A stretch of 64,000 nt of DNA, taken from the NCBI GenBank assembly GCA_963778655.1, contig CAVZVA010000010.1, forward strand, positions 896,001 to 960,000. The letters run 5' to 3'. Positions 20,410-31,395 of the stretch are shown here, piece after piece. Each line of letters starts with the position of its first letter. The first letter of the stretch is position 1. The DNA comes from an uncultured delta proteobacterium. GTDB lineage: Bacteria > Myxococcota_A > Polyangia > Polyangiales > JAFGIB01. The translations under genes were made by a program, and so were the position numbers. The notes beneath the pieces were generated by a model that saw only the letters and a program-made list of their open reading frames with translations, was not told where the DNA came from and ran no database searches.

Positions 20410-21834
20410 TTAGCGCCCGTAGCCCGCCGCGGCGATGTTGTCCTCAATGGCGCTGTCGGTCGCGTCCGACGGGTAGCCGGCGATGATCGCCCCCTCGTAG
20501 AACGTGCCGAGGCTCTGGTTGGTATTTCGGGCGCAACAATCGCCGCCGCTTCCCAGCACGATGGCGCCTTGCTTCTTCATCGGGCTGTACCCGTGCGGAA
20601 GCGCGCCGTCCCAGAGTGTAGTCAGGCTCCCGGTTTGCGCATTTGCACCCTTGATCGCGAGCCTCGTCGTCCCGTCGTTCTTGAGCATGGCGGTGACGTA
20701 TTTGTCGGTGAAGGCCACCTGCTGCGGATTCCAGGAGCTGCTTCCGCCTGGATAGAGCCCGTATTCCAGGTCTGCCTGGACCCAGGGCCCCGAGCCGGAG
20801 CAGCCGCCGAACCAACAGCTGGTCCCGAAGTAGATCGCGTCCATGGCGCCGGCGCCGTCGGCGCTCCGATCGGTCTCGCTGTTGCCGTAGTCGAAGCAGC
20901 ATCCTCCGTTGACGTGCGTGCCGCTGGTCACCATGTACAGGCCCTCCGGCGCGGTTCCCGTCGGCATGCCCGTCATGTGGCCGTCGCGCCAGTAGCTGTT
21001 GCCGGGTTCGATGTAGAGCGAGTAGACCTTCTGGCCGCTTAAGCTCAACGACTCGCTGGCCGCGCTCGCGGGCTTGTCCTGCCCGCCCACCGAGCTGCCC
21101 TGCCCCTGGTACTCGAGCTGGTTGCCGTGCCCGGACTGATCGTAGAGGATGGTGATCACGCAGCTCGTGCCGGAGCAGAACGCGTCTTGGGCGGCCGAGT
21201 CGGCGACGCCGCCGGGCGCCAGCACCCCGATGTCCTTGGTGGTGTTGTCCGAGGCGCGCCTGACTTGGTAGAGGTTGCCGCCGTACGCGCCGTACAGCGC
21301 GCGCACCGTGCTGTGGGCCGCAACGCACGGCGTGTTGCCCGACGCATAGATGTCGCAGGGCCCGCTGCGCGGGCTGCCCGCGCCCCCGGCTCCGCCCGCG
21401 CCGCCGCTGCCGTCCGAGCCGCCGGCGCTCCCCGAGCCGCCGGCTCCCGAGCCCCCGGCTCCGCCCGCGCCGCCGCTGCCGCTGGCGCTCGCGCCGCCAC
21501 TGGCCGGGTTGCCGCCGCCGGTTCCGCCCGCCGCCGTGCTGCCGCCGCTGCCGCCGGACCCCGGCGCACCTGCCTTCGCAAGCGCGCCCCCACTGCCGCT
21601 CGCCGCTGCACTGCCACCGGTGCCCACGCTCGGGCGCGAGCCGCCGCCGCCGCTCAGAGCCGGGGTCGCCGCCGCCCCCGAGCCAACCGGCGAGCCCGAA
21701 GCACCAGCCGCGGCGACCACGCTATTCTGCGGCCCGGCGCTCGCCGATCCGGAGCTCGCGCCGCTGCACGCACAGCAGCTCGCCAGCGCGGCCAAGACCA
21801 CCAACGCACGACGAGCGCGCAACCGATTTTGCAT
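20410..21834 (-). CDS. Alpha-L-arabinofuranosidase B (GH54) catalytic domain lipoprotein
   Basis: GPCDIYASGNTPCVAAHSTVRALY, CCFDYGNSE, ADLEYGLY and GTFYEG motifs, after a Gly/Ser linker. Start 21834 or 21861. Confidence 0.92.
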   Translation of the reverse strand: MQNRLRARRALVVLAALASCCACSGASSGSASAGPQNSVVAAAGASGSPVGSGAAATPALSGGGGSRPSVGTGGSAAASGSGGALAKAGAPGSGGSGGSTAAGGTGGGNPASGGASASGSGGAGGAGGSGAGGSGSAGGSDGSGGAGGAGGAGSPRSGPCDIYASGNTPCVAAHSTVRALYGAYGGNLYQVRRASDNTTKDIGVLAPGGVADSAAQDAFCSGTSCVITILYDQSGHGNQLEYQGQGSSVGGQDKPASAASESLSLSGQKVYSLYIEPGNSYWRDGHMTGMPTGTAPEGLYMVTSGTHVNGGCCFDYGNSETDRSADGAGAMDAIYFGTSCWFGGCSGSGPWVQADLEYGLYPGGSSSWNPQQVAFTDKYVTAMLKNDGTTRLAIKGANAQTGSLTTLWDGALPHGYSPMKKQGAIVLGSGGDCCARNTNQSLGTFYEGAIIAGYPSDATDSAIEDNIAAAGYGR

Positions 21835-22228
21835 GGTCGTCTTCCGATGCCGGCCGTTCATGGTCTCGACCAAGGTAGCCTTGGGCCCGGGCGCGTGACC
21901 CGCGACGGGGCAGGATGCCCGACAAGCAGTGGTACAGCCTCGCCGTTTCCGTCTGCGTTTCGCGCTTGGTCGCGAGCTTTCGGCCCACCGGCGCGCGCAG
22001 GGATTTGATACGCGGCGCCGGCGGGGCCGACCTCACTGTTTGCCGACGAACGTCGTGACGGACTGCGCGTCGAGAGACCCGGAGAAGCGTCCGCCGGACA
22101 CAGGTGCAACGCGCTCGCTGAAGGGCTGTCCAACGGTCCGCGACGCGAAGTTTGCACGTCGGCGCATACCTTGGGTGGCCTGACCGAAACCGAGCGTGGG
22201 TTTCAACTGCCACCGGGCTTTTCGAGCG

Positions 22229-22708
22229 CTACTTCGAATCTTGGGTCGATTGGAGCACCAGCACGGGCACGCTAAGTGCCTTGATGAGTTTCTCCGAGTG
22301 CGTGCGCAGTACCGAAGAATGGGGCTCGTGGCTCAGCACGAGCAGGGTCGCTTGCCACTCGCTCACCTTGGCGCGGATGGCAGCCACATGGTCCTCCGCG
22401 ATCTTCGCGTCGCACTCGACGGCCTCTGTCTGCTCCGGCGCGATATTGTTCACGAAGCGTTGCACTGCTGCACTGCCTTCGACTAGATCCTTCGCGGATC
22501 CAGGGCTACCGAGCCCTCCAAGAAATTGATCGGCCTCACGTCCGTGGGTCACGTTAAACACGCAGACGCGGGCTCCGCACAGCCGATGAAGCTCGAGGGC
22601 CACGTGTACCCCGCGGTGGGAGGCCAGGCTGAAATCGACCGGCACAAGGACACGCTGAAAGATTGCAGCTGCATCGACTCGGGATGTGGTTTGCTCTGCG
22701 GTGTGCAT
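22229..22708 (-). CDS. Universal stress protein
   Basis: RVLVPVDFS...SEKLIKALSVPVLVL. Confidence 0.85.
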   Translation of the reverse strand: MHTAEQTTSRVDAAAIFQRVLVPVDFSLASHRGVHVALELHRLCGARVCVFNVTHGREADQFLGGLGSPGSAKDLVEGSAAVQRFVNNIAPEQTEAVECDAKIAEDHVAAIRAKVSEWQATLLVLSHEPHSSVLRTHSEKLIKALSVPVLVLQSTQDSK

Positions 22709-22805
22709 GGCTTCTGCTCCTCGAGCCCATTGACGAGCCAAGTAACGTGCCGGCCGCCGGCACGGCGGGAGCGAGGGCGCAGGTGAGGAGGCTCCAGGGA
22801 TTGTC

Positions 22806-23177
22806 ATGAGAGCGCTGTGGTACGAGCGACAGGGTGCGGCCCGCGATGTACTCGAGATCGGCGAGATGCCGACGCCGAATGCGGGCGAGGGCGACGTCCG
22901 GGTCGAGGTTCGCGCATCCGCGGTCAATCCCTCCGATGTCGGGCTGCGCATGGGCAGGGGCGGGTGGCCGATGCAGTTTCCCCGGATCATTCCGCACAGC
23001 GACGGCGCGGGCGTGGTCGATCAGGTCGGGCCCGGTGTCGATTCGGCGTGGCTCGGCAAGCGCGTGTGGATCTACAACGGTGCGCGCGCGGGCCGTTGCT
23101 TCGGCAACGCCGCCGACTACATCTGCTTGTCCGAGGATCTGGTCCACGAGCTGAGAGGCAGAGACCTGTATGAGTGA
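22806..23177 (+). pseudogene. NADPH:quinone reductase (MDR), only the N-terminal GroES-like part
   Basis: VNPSD and IIPHSDGAGVVDQVGPGV motifs. It stops at 123 aa with no Rossmann domain. Confidence 0.75.
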
Positions 23178-23949
23178 GGAGTCTTTCTTCACCCGCGAGG
23201 CAAGCGCGTTCATCCCCCAACCGGCATGCCGGGGACCCTGGGATCCCAAGTCACTCAACGGACGGGTGGTGGTTGCCCTGTGCGGCTTCCAGATCGAACA
23301 AAGCCATGAGCTCGCCGACTACATCCCTGCACGGCTGACGGTCGACATGTACCGCTTGCCCGGCTTTGCGCCGATCGAGGTCAAGACCCACGTCGTTCGC
23401 GATGGCTCGCGCATCAAGGTCATCGACGCCGACTTCATCTCCGAGGGCGTCTCGTACGCGCGTGCGACCTCGCAATGGCTCAAGCGCAGTCAGAACCCCG
23501 AGGGCAACGTCTGGAGCCCGCCGAGCTGGGAGGTGCCTGCGCCCGAAACGCTGCCCGAGCCCGCGAATCGACCGAACAGCCTGATGACCATGCGCCCGAT
23601 CACCGGCGCCATGGGCTCGTTCGGACAAAGGCGCGTGTGGCTGCGCGAGAGCCGTGAGCTGGTCGGCGGCACGCCGCTCACACCCTTCATCCGCGTCGCC
23701 CTCCCGGCCGATCTCGCCAATCCCCTTTCCAACAGCGGGGATCGGGGCCTTGGCTACATCAACTCCGACGTGACGCTCTATCTACATCGTCTGCCCGTAG
23801 ACGAATGGGTCGGCATGGAAGTGGTCAATCATCATGCCACGGACGGCGTCGCCATCGGGCAGGTCGTGCTCTACGACCGAACGGGCGCGATCGGCACGAG
23901 CTCGGTCTGCGGCCCTACCCGGCGCGGTATGATTCGCCCGGACAAGTAG
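23170..23949 (+). CDS. Thioesterase family protein (double hot-dog)
   Basis: GPW...NG, PARLTVDMYR, VRDGSRIKV and YINSDVTLYLHRLP..EWVG motifs. Confidence 0.85.
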   Translation: MSEESFFTREASAFIPQPACRGPWDPKSLNGRVVVALCGFQIEQSHELADYIPARLTVDMYRLPGFAPIEVKTHVVRDGSRIKVIDADFISEGVSYARATSQWLKRSQNPEGNVWSPPSWEVPAPETLPEPANRPNSLMTMRPITGAMGSFGQRRVWLRESRELVGGTPLTPFIRVALPADLANPLSNSGDRGLGYINSDVTLYLHRLPVDEWVGMEVVNHHATDGVAIGQVVLYDRTGAIGTSSVCGPTRRGMIRPDK

Positions 23950-24117
23950 AGCGCAAGCGACGCCTCGCGACCCGAGGACGTGCGCGCCGGTCTCGTGGAC
24001 CGGTGACCACGCGCTGCGCGACGCGGCCCAACCTGCGGACAGGCGCGCCGTCCCCACTCGTTCCCGAGACGACTCAGGTGGGGGCGCCGGAGCTTTGCCG
24101 CGGGTCCATGCACTCGG

Positions 24118-24753
24118 TCAGTCGTTCATGGCGCCGGCCTGGATCCAGGCGCGCACGGTCGCGATCTCCGTATCGGTCAGCACGACGCCGCTCGCGGGCA
24201 TGCGCAGGCCGCAAGAGGGGGTGGGGTTCGACAGCTTGTCGTACAGCAAGCTGGCGTCGGGCTGGAACGGAACCACGTACGTTCGACCGGCGCACTGGCT
24301 GCCATTGAGCCCGTTCGAGACTACCCCGACCAGCGCCTGGTAGGCGGCCTGCCGGTCCTTGGGATCGAAGACCAAGCCGCCGCCCAGCATCATCGCGTGA
24401 CACAGCGCGCAGTTGTTCTTGGTGTCGGCGAACACCGCGAGCACGGCGGTGAACGTAGCCGGAGCGGCGGCGGCGCCCGCGCCGCCCGCGCCGCTCGTGG
24501 TACCTCCGGTGCCGCCCGCGCTGCCCGCGGCGCTCGTGGTGCCTCCGGTGCCCACGGCAGGTGCCATGTAACCCGCGCCGGACACCCCGCCGGTCCCCGG
24601 CGCATCCACGACCGGGGCGGGGCTGTTGTTCCCCTTGCAGCCGGCGAAGGCCGGCAGCGCCACGCTCGCGACGATCCACAACAGCGTCGCGGCAAGGCGG
24701 TTGGACCTTGCCGCAGCGCGCTTCTTCGACCCTGCAACCGAAATCTTCTTCAT
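24118..24753 (-). CDS. Lipoprotein with a c-type cytochrome domain
   Basis: Lipobox FAGC, CALCH heme motif, and VVPFQPDASLLYDKL..RMP..WIQAGA. Confidence 0.75.
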   Translation of the reverse strand: MKKISVAGSKKRAAARSNRLAATLLWIVASVALPAFAGCKGNNSPAPVVDAPGTGGVSGAGYMAPAVGTGGTTSAAGSAGGTGGTTSGAGGAGAAAAPATFTAVLAVFADTKNNCALCHAMMLGGGLVFDPKDRQAAYQALVGVVSNGLNGSQCAGRTYVVPFQPDASLLYDKLSNPTPSCGLRMPASGVVLTDTEIATVRAWIQAGAMND

Positions 24754-25010
24754 CGAGCCTCCTGCCGCTGCGAGCACGCCGGCAAACGGTGCCTACGCTG
24801 GAAGACTGCTTCTTAGCGCGCTTCCAGACACGAACCAAGCGCCGACCGCCCGCCTTCGTCGGCCCTCGGCGTCGCTGATCAGCACCCCCCGCCCGCCCCC
24901 GTCGTCGTATCCGCGCATGCACTCCCGGAACGATCGGGCGGGCAACTCTCGCTGGAGCATGGCGGTCAGGCGGAGGAATAGCGTGAGAGACAACAGCCGT
25001 TTCGCCGGCG

Positions 25011-26936
25011 CTACTTCACGTGTGAAGCCGACACTTCCTGCAAATACGTGTAGCCCGTCAGGCCCGCTTCGAGAGCCTGGAGCACGGCTTGGGCCTCGGC
25101 GTCCGACAGCGCCGCCGATTGCACGCTGCTTCGATAGCGAGCGCGCAGGTCGTCGAGGCTATAACCGACGTAGTCGAGCATGACGTCGGTAGTATCGCCA
25201 CGCCGCTGGCGGCTCAGTGTATGAGTGCCGTCGGGGTTCACGCGCACGCTTGCGGTGTCGGTGTCGCCGAACAAGTTGTGGATGTCGCCGAGGGTTTCCT
25301 GATAAGCGCCAACGAGGAAGATGCCTAACCGGTAGCTTTCTCCCGCTCGCAGCGCGTGCAGGGGCAGCGAGGCGGACAGACCTCCGAGCTCGACATAGGT
25401 GTCGATGCGACCGTCGGAGTCGCAGGTGAGGTCGGCGATGACGCCGCGCCGATCGGGCGCTTCGTCGAGGCGCGCGAGCGGCACGATCGGAAAGACCTGG
25501 TCGATGGCCCAGACGTCGGGGACGGACTCGAAGACCGAGAAGTTCGTGAAGTACTTGTCGACCAGGCGTTCGTTCAAGCCATCCAGTACCGCGCGGTGCC
25601 GCTTGTCCTCGCCACGCAGGCGTGCGCGCACGCCATGCGCGATGGCGTAAAACGTGTCTTCAAGGCGCGCGCGTTGCGCGAGCGTTAGCCGGCCGAGCGC
25701 GTACAGCGCATGCCCCTCGGCCAGCGCTTGCTCGGCCTCGAGGTACAGCTCGGTCGGAGGGCGCTCGTCGAGTGCTGCGTGTGTCTGGCGCAGGTGGCGC
25801 AGCACGGCGGGATCGGACGCGGCAGGCTCCGGCACCGAACCGTCGGGCGCACGCTCGACCTCCGAGACATTGACGACTAGCACGGCGTGATGCGCGGCCA
25901 TGGCGCGCCCGGTCTCGGTGACGAGATGCGGCGGGCGAAGCCCATGCTCCGCACAGGCTTCGGCGAGCGGCTGCACCAACGTGCGTGCGAACTGCTCGAT
26001 GCCGTAGTTGATCGAGCAGAAGGTGCGCGAGCGCGTGCCCTCGTAGTCGACGCCGAGGCCGCCTCCCGTGTCCACGTAGCGGATCGGGCAGCCCAGCTTC
26101 GAGAGCTCGACGAAGTGCTGCACGGCCTCGCGCATGCCGCTCGCGATGTCCCGCACGTTCGAGATTTGCGAGCCCATGTGGAAGTGCAGCAGCTGCAATG
26201 CACCGAGACTGCCTGCGGCCTTGAGCTGGTCGATTAGCGCGAGCACTTGGCGCGCCGAAAGCCCGAATTTGGCCTTGTCGCCGCCGCTGTTCTGCCACTT
26301 GCCGGCACCGAGCGAAGCGAGCCGTGCGCGCACCCCGAGACTGGGCTCGACGTCGAGCGCCTGCGCCTCTTCGAGCACGAGGTCCAGCTCGGACGGCTTC
26401 TCGATGACGATGAAGCTCCGTAGCCCGAGCTTCTTGCCGATCAGTGCGAGCCGGATGAGCTCACGATCCTTGTAGCCGTTGCAGATAACAAGGCTGCCCC
26501 GCTTGGCCAAGCCGAGCACGGCCATCAACTCGGGTTTGCTGCCCGCCTCGAGACCGAAGCCGTCGCCGCCCTCGGCTGCGAGCTCGCCAGCGACGCCGAA
26601 GTGCTGGTTCACCTTGATCGGGTACACGGCAGTGTAGCCGCCGGCATACCCGAGGTCGTCCATCGCCGAGCGGAAGGCCGCTTGGAGCCTGTGCAAACGA
26701 TCGGACAAGATGTCCGAGAAGCGCAACAGAAGCGGCAACTTGAATCCGGCTCCGGTGGCCTGCTGGAGCACCTCCGGCAGCGGCAACTTCGGGCCGCCGG
26801 GGCCTTTCGGCAGCGCGCACATGCGGCCTTGTCCATCGGCGTCGAAATAGCCGTCGGCCCAGTAGGGAATGGAATAGGTCTGGCGAGCGCGCTCGATCGA
26901 CCAGGTTCGTTCGTCCATGCTGAAGTTCCGACTCAT
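25011..26936 (-). CDS. speA: Biosynthetic arginine decarboxylase
   Basis: VYPIKVNQ, GLEAGSKPEL, CNGYKD, HFHMGSQI, DLTCDSDG and GAYQETLGDIHNLFG motifs. Confidence 0.95.
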   Translation of the reverse strand: MSRNFSMDERTWSIERARQTYSIPYWADGYFDADGQGRMCALPKGPGGPKLPLPEVLQQATGAGFKLPLLLRFSDILSDRLHRLQAAFRSAMDDLGYAGGYTAVYPIKVNQHFGVAGELAAEGGDGFGLEAGSKPELMAVLGLAKRGSLVICNGYKDRELIRLALIGKKLGLRSFIVIEKPSELDLVLEEAQALDVEPSLGVRARLASLGAGKWQNSGGDKAKFGLSARQVLALIDQLKAAGSLGALQLLHFHMGSQISNVRDIASGMREAVQHFVELSKLGCPIRYVDTGGGLGVDYEGTRSRTFCSINYGIEQFARTLVQPLAEACAEHGLRPPHLVTETGRAMAAHHAVLVVNVSEVERAPDGSVPEPAASDPAVLRHLRQTHAALDERPPTELYLEAEQALAEGHALYALGRLTLAQRARLEDTFYAIAHGVRARLRGEDKRHRAVLDGLNERLVDKYFTNFSVFESVPDVWAIDQVFPIVPLARLDEAPDRRGVIADLTCDSDGRIDTYVELGGLSASLPLHALRAGESYRLGIFLVGAYQETLGDIHNLFGDTDTASVRVNPDGTHTLSRQRRGDTTDVMLDYVGYSLDDLRARYRSSVQSAALSDAEAQAVLQALEAGLTGYTYLQEVSASHVK

Positions 26937-27763
26937 CAGATCGAGCTTCCATCGGACATGTTCCGACCGTAGAAGATCTCCAGCATTTCGCGGCGAAGCT
27001 TGCGGCTGATGACCTCGCGCTCCTGCTGCGACAGCTGGTCGGTGCCCACGCCGAACACGTAGTTCTCGAGCAAGAAGCTCTTGAGCAGCATCTTCGTGTG
27101 GAAGATGTGCTCTTGGTAAACGTTGACGTCGATCATCTCGTAGCGCTCGAGCGTCTCGTCCAAGAAGAAGTTCTGGATGGAGTTGATCTCGTGGTCGATG
27201 TACAGCTTCGTGCCGTCCACGTCTCGGGTGAAGCCGCGAACCCGATAGTCCACGACGACGATATCGGAATCGAACTGATGGATCAGGTAGTTGAGCGCCT
27301 TGAGCGGCGAAATGACGCCGCACGTCGAGACGTCGATGTCGGCGCGGAAGGTGCTGATGCCGTTATCGTTGTCCGGATGGGTCTCCGGATACGTGTGCAC
27401 GGTGACGTGGCTCTTGTCGAGGTGCCCCACCACCGACTTCTTCAACGGTCCAGGCTCCTCCGTGCTCGGATCCTCGGCCGGCGCCGACGGGAGCTCGGAG
27501 ATCAGCATGGTGACGCTGGCGCCTTCCGGATCGTAGTCCTGATCCGCGACATTCAGCACGTTCGCGCCGATGATCTCGGTTACCGTGGTCAGGATCTGGG
27601 TCAGACGCCGCGCATTGTACAGCTCGTCGACGTACTTGCGGTACTCCTGCCGGTGCTCCTGAGTCTTGGCGTAGCAGATGTCGTAGATGTTGAAGCTCAG
27701 CGACTTCGTCAGGTTGTTGAAGCCGTGCAGCTTTAGCCGCTTCGGATCGCTGGCATTGGTCAT
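26936..27763 (-). CDS. speD: S-adenosylmethionine decarboxylase proenzyme (E. coli-type)
   Basis: [29 protein letters not shown] (pyruvoyl site) and [16 protein letters not shown] motifs. Confidence 0.95.
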   Translation of the reverse strand: MTNASDPKRLKLHGFNNLTKSLSFNIYDICYAKTQEHRQEYRKYVDELYNARRLTQILTTVTEIIGANVLNVADQDYDPEGASVTMLISELPSAPAEDPSTEEPGPLKKSVVGHLDKSHVTVHTYPETHPDNDNGISTFRADIDVSTCGVISPLKALNYLIHQFDSDIVVVDYRVRGFTRDVDGTKLYIDHEINSIQNFFLDETLERYEMIDVNVYQEHIFHTKMLLKSFLLENYVFGVGTDQLSQQEREVISRKLRREMLEIFYGRNMSDGSSI

Positions 27764-28121
27764 CGCCGAGTCCTCACCTCTCGAAAAGGTGCAGCCCAGC
27801 TGCGGCGTCGAACATTCTGGAGCTGCCGTGGTGCACCTGCGTAGCGCGAAATCACGCGGGTTTCCAGCTGCGCCCGACGGGCCTGCGCTCGCAGGCTTGC
27901 TCGTGGTCTGTTCATGAGATGACTCATCGCCGCCGGCGGGCCTACGACCACCGCATCAGGGAGGCAGTCGGCGGCCGGCGCGGCCGATGCGGGCGCGGAC
28001 GGATCCTCGGCGCTCGCGATCGAGCTGGCAGATGATCCAGGCCGGGCCGGAACGATCTTCGCGCCCCCCTTGAGAATGGCATCCACTTGGCCGCGCACGT
28101 CGAACGACAGGACGTTGAGGA

Positions 28122-28928
28122 TCAGGCCCGCCGCCGCGCCAACAGGCAGCGGAACCAGGCCGTCGCGCGATAACTGCCGTTGGACTGGCGGAACGGAGCG
28201 ATTGCCTTCGCGTAGGCTTGGGTCACGACCTTCTCGTCGATCTGCTCCATCGCTCTGACCGCGTTCCCCGTCGATATCAGACCACGCAATGCCGCGGTCT
28301 TGTCGGCATAGATCCAGGGGCTGTCGACGTCGAAGACCTCGACGGGTTCGAGTCCTGCGTCAGTTGCGAACTGGCGCAGCATAGTTTCGTCGGACAGCGC
28401 GAACGGGCCGGGTGCTCCCGGGGGCGGGGGCGGCAGCAGCGACTTGAGCGCGGCCAGCAAAGCGACCACTTCCATGCCGTCGGGGTCTCCAAAGGTCATC
28501 ACCACGACCGAGCCGCCTCGCTTGGCGACACGTCCGACCTCGCGCAGCGCCGCAACCGGGTTCCCGGCGTACTGCAACGAATTGAAGCCGGTCACCACAT
28601 CGAAGGTTTCGTCAGCGAACGGCAGCTCCTCCAGATCCCCTTGGCGGAAGTCGCCCGTCGGCACACGCGATCGCGCGATCGACAGCATCGCCTCCGCCGC
28701 GTCCACGCCGGACACCTCGGCCCCACGCGCAGCAGCCATCTCTGCCGCCATACCCGAGCCGCAGCCGGCATCAAGATATCGGGTTTCCGGCCCAACGCGC
28801 GTGCGCTCGAGCACGGCCTGGAAGACCGGGCGAACCGTCCCTTCCTGAAAGTCAGCCCAGTCCCTCGCGCGCGCGCCCCAAAGGCGACCGTGTGCCTCCG
28901 AAGTCTTCGGCTTCAACTCGCGGCTCAT
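28122..28928 (-). CDS. Class I SAM-dependent methyltransferase
   Basis: LDAGCGSG and GDLEELPFADETFDVV motifs. Confidence 0.9.
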   Translation of the reverse strand: MSRELKPKTSEAHGRLWGARARDWADFQEGTVRPVFQAVLERTRVGPETRYLDAGCGSGMAAEMAAARGAEVSGVDAAEAMLSIARSRVPTGDFRQGDLEELPFADETFDVVTGFNSLQYAGNPVAALREVGRVAKRGGSVVVMTFGDPDGMEVVALLAALKSLLPPPPPGAPGPFALSDETMLRQFATDAGLEPVEVFDVDSPWIYADKTAALRGLISTGNAVRAMEQIDEKVVTQAYAKAIAPFRQSNGSYRATAWFRCLLARRRA

Positions 28929-29294
28929 TTGCGATGCTCACCGTCTTAAGTGGCATCGTAGCAGGACGCGCGCCGGTCCGAAACGCCGACCCCCATCCGC
29001 GTGACCGAGCCATCGAAAGCCCGGCTTCATTCTCAGCTCGAGGTTGAGGTTCAGGCCAGGCACGCTGGCGCGGCACGCCTCGACCCTACCTCGTCCCAGC
29101 TTCGCGTTGGCGCGAGCACACCGCCGCAGATGACGAGGTTCTGGTGCGGTTTCGGGACGAGCGCGGCCAGCCGCTCGATGAGCGCGCGTTTCGCGATCGA
29201 GCCACTGTGCGTCGTCGATGTAGACGACGTAGACGATGAGCGGCCGTCGATCGCGGATGCGCGCCAGCGCGTAGGCCTCGCGCGGCGTTCGCGC

Positions 29295-29581
29295 TACATG
29301 CTGATCTCGATCGCGCCGTACCTGTCGGTGTCGCGAGCGGTGCAATTCCTCAAGGGCAAGAGCTCGCACAAGTTGCTGAGCGAGTTCGCGCGCTTGCGCA
29401 AGCGGTACTGGGGCCAGCATCTATGGGCACGTGGGTACTGGGTGGCGACGAGCGGGAACGTGACCGACGAGGTCTGGAAGAAGTACATCGAATCGCAGCA
29501 GCTGGAGCCGCCCGACGACAACTTCAAGGTCGTCTGACTCGAGTCGTCGACCGAAGGTCGACTTCATCCGGCTTCCAGCCG
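29295..29581 (+). mobile_element. IS200/IS605 TnpA C-terminal remnant with right-end hairpins
   Basis: MLISIAPYLSVSRAVQFLKGKSS..LWARGY..YIESQ (stop 29537). Hairpins GTCGAC-CGAAG-GTCGAC at 29546-29562 and CGGCT-TCC-AGCCG at 29569-29581. The N-terminus is missing. Confidence 0.85.
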
Positions 29582-29582
29582 T

Positions 29583-29915
29583 ATGTCGTTCGCGATCGGC
29601 TTCCACATGCCCGAGCCGCCCCCCGACAGCGGCCAGCGCTTGCTCTACGTGCAGACCCGCGGGCTGCTCGAGCATTGCTTGCGCGTTCGCGTGAGCGCGC
29701 TCGACAACGTAGAGGTGCGTTACGGCACGCGGGTCGATGGTGTGCTCGGCGCCGACGGCCGAGTGCGTGGTGTCACGCTCGGCGACGGTGCGCACAGCTT
29801 GGAGGCCGACCTGGGCGTCGACGCGCTAGGCCGCGGCAGCAAGACGCCAGCGTGGCTGCAAGCGATCGGCTACGCGCCCGCCGCGGAGGAGACCGTCGAG
29901 TGCGACTTCGCTTCG
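29583..29915 (+). pseudogene. FAD-dependent oxidoreductase internal fragment
   Basis: TRGLLEHCLRVRV..LEADLGVDALGRGSKTPAWLQAIGY. There is no N-terminal GxGxxG. Confidence 0.65.
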
Positions 29916-30228
29916 ATGGCATCGAGCCGGTGTTGTGACGAGGAATTCGGCCGTCCGTCTTCGGGTTCTTCGTCTCGTTCGCGCTCGACCCGGCGACGCC
30001 TGCACTGGCCCTGGTCGCCAAGGAACATTGTTTCGTCCGCATCGACGAACATACCCACACGGTTCGATGCAGACGCGCTCTGGCGCCGCTCGGCGGTGCG
30101 TGGCCGCTGCGGTGCTGCTTACGCTCCCAGCGCAGCTCCGGTCGTCGTTACCCAAATCTTGGGGGATGGCCTGCGCGGCCGGGCGCTGGGAACGTAGCTG
30201 CGTGGGACGTGGGAATTGGAGTCCGAGC

Positions 30229-31278
30229 ATGCGTTGGCGGAGGTCTCGGGTGTGGGCCAGCGGCCTGGTCCTGATGGGAATTGGCTGCGCGTTCCACGAC
30301 AACCCGATGCTGGCATGTCCGGCCGGCGTGGTGGGGCAAAGCATGGCCTGCATGTGCGGCGGGCTGACCGACACGGCGACGTGTCTGGCCACGCCCCAGC
30401 TCGACCCGTGTGTGTGTGCCGACGCCGGGGTGCCCGGCACCGGCGGGACGAGCGGCACGGGGGGCGTCGCGGGCAGCGGTGGATCCATGGGTGGCGCCGC
30501 CGGCAACCTCGGCACAGCTGGCACGGGCGGCGCCACCGATAGCACGGGCGGAACCGACGGCGGCAGGGCGGCGACCAGCGACCAAGACGGTGGCCCCGGT
30601 GGCGGCACCGGAGGCAGCGTTGCTCCTCCGCCTGCGACGCATGGCAATCAGCTGGCACCCTGCAGCGGAGCCGTCGATTGCAACACGGCCCTCGACTGTT
30701 ACAGCCCTGCATCCGACACGGCGACCGGCTATTGCAGCCAGGCCTGCAGCATGGACTCGGATTGTCCGAGCGGCGGCCCCGCGTACACGTGCGAGGCGGC
30801 GGCCGGCACCGGCGCATCGAAGCTGTGTGCCATCGATTGCAGCGGCACCGGCGACACCTCGTGTCCGTCGGGGATGGGCTGCGTCGCGGTCGCGGGCGGC
30901 GACGGAAACAATCTGGGCTACCGCTGCATGTATCCGGGATCCGACCGTGACGCCGGCAGCGGCAACGGTGACAAGTCCGCCGAATGGGAATCGTGCATGA
31001 CCGCGGCCGACTGCAACGCCAACCTGTACTGTGCCGGTACGTCGACGGGCACATCCGGGGTCGGCACCTGCGTGCGCTCATGCACGTCGAGCTCCGACTG
31101 CACCCGCAGCCCGAGCAGCGGCAACGTCACGCCCAGCTGTGTTGCGAGCGTGTTGGGCGCCAGTGGCGGGCCCGCGATGATCTGCGGCCTGGACTGCACC
31201 AACGACATGAACGGATGCCCGGACGGCATGACCTGCGCGTGGTGGGGCGGGCTAGGGTCCTACTGCTTTTACATGTAG
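30229..31278 (+). CDS. Cys-rich myxobacterial lipoprotein
   Basis: Lipobox GIGC, Gly/Thr linker and two Cys-rich modules. Confidence 0.75.
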   Translation: MRWRRSRVWASGLVLMGIGCAFHDNPMLACPAGVVGQSMACMCGGLTDTATCLATPQLDPCVCADAGVPGTGGTSGTGGVAGSGGSMGGAAGNLGTAGTGGATDSTGGTDGGRAATSDQDGGPGGGTGGSVAPPPATHGNQLAPCSGAVDCNTALDCYSPASDTATGYCSQACSMDSDCPSGGPAYTCEAAAGTGASKLCAIDCSGTGDTSCPSGMGCVAVAGGDGNNLGYRCMYPGSDRDAGSGNGDKSAEWESCMTAADCNANLYCAGTSTGTSGVGTCVRSCTSSSDCTRSPSSGNVTPSCVASVLGASGGPAMICGLDCTNDMNGCPDGMTCAWWGGLGSYCFYM

Positions 31279-31395
31279 GTCACGCCAAAGCGTGAGAGGT
31301 CAGATCGAGCGGCTGCTCGGCCGCAGCGGGCCACTCGAGAAGCCAGCTGGTCAAGTCCTCGCTTCGGGCGCGCTGCCGGGACGATGCACGCGGCC

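Noticed and set aside
25011..27323. SpeD-SpeA fusion or extended SpeA
   Set aside because: The two are in different frames with a normal TGATG stop/start overlap.
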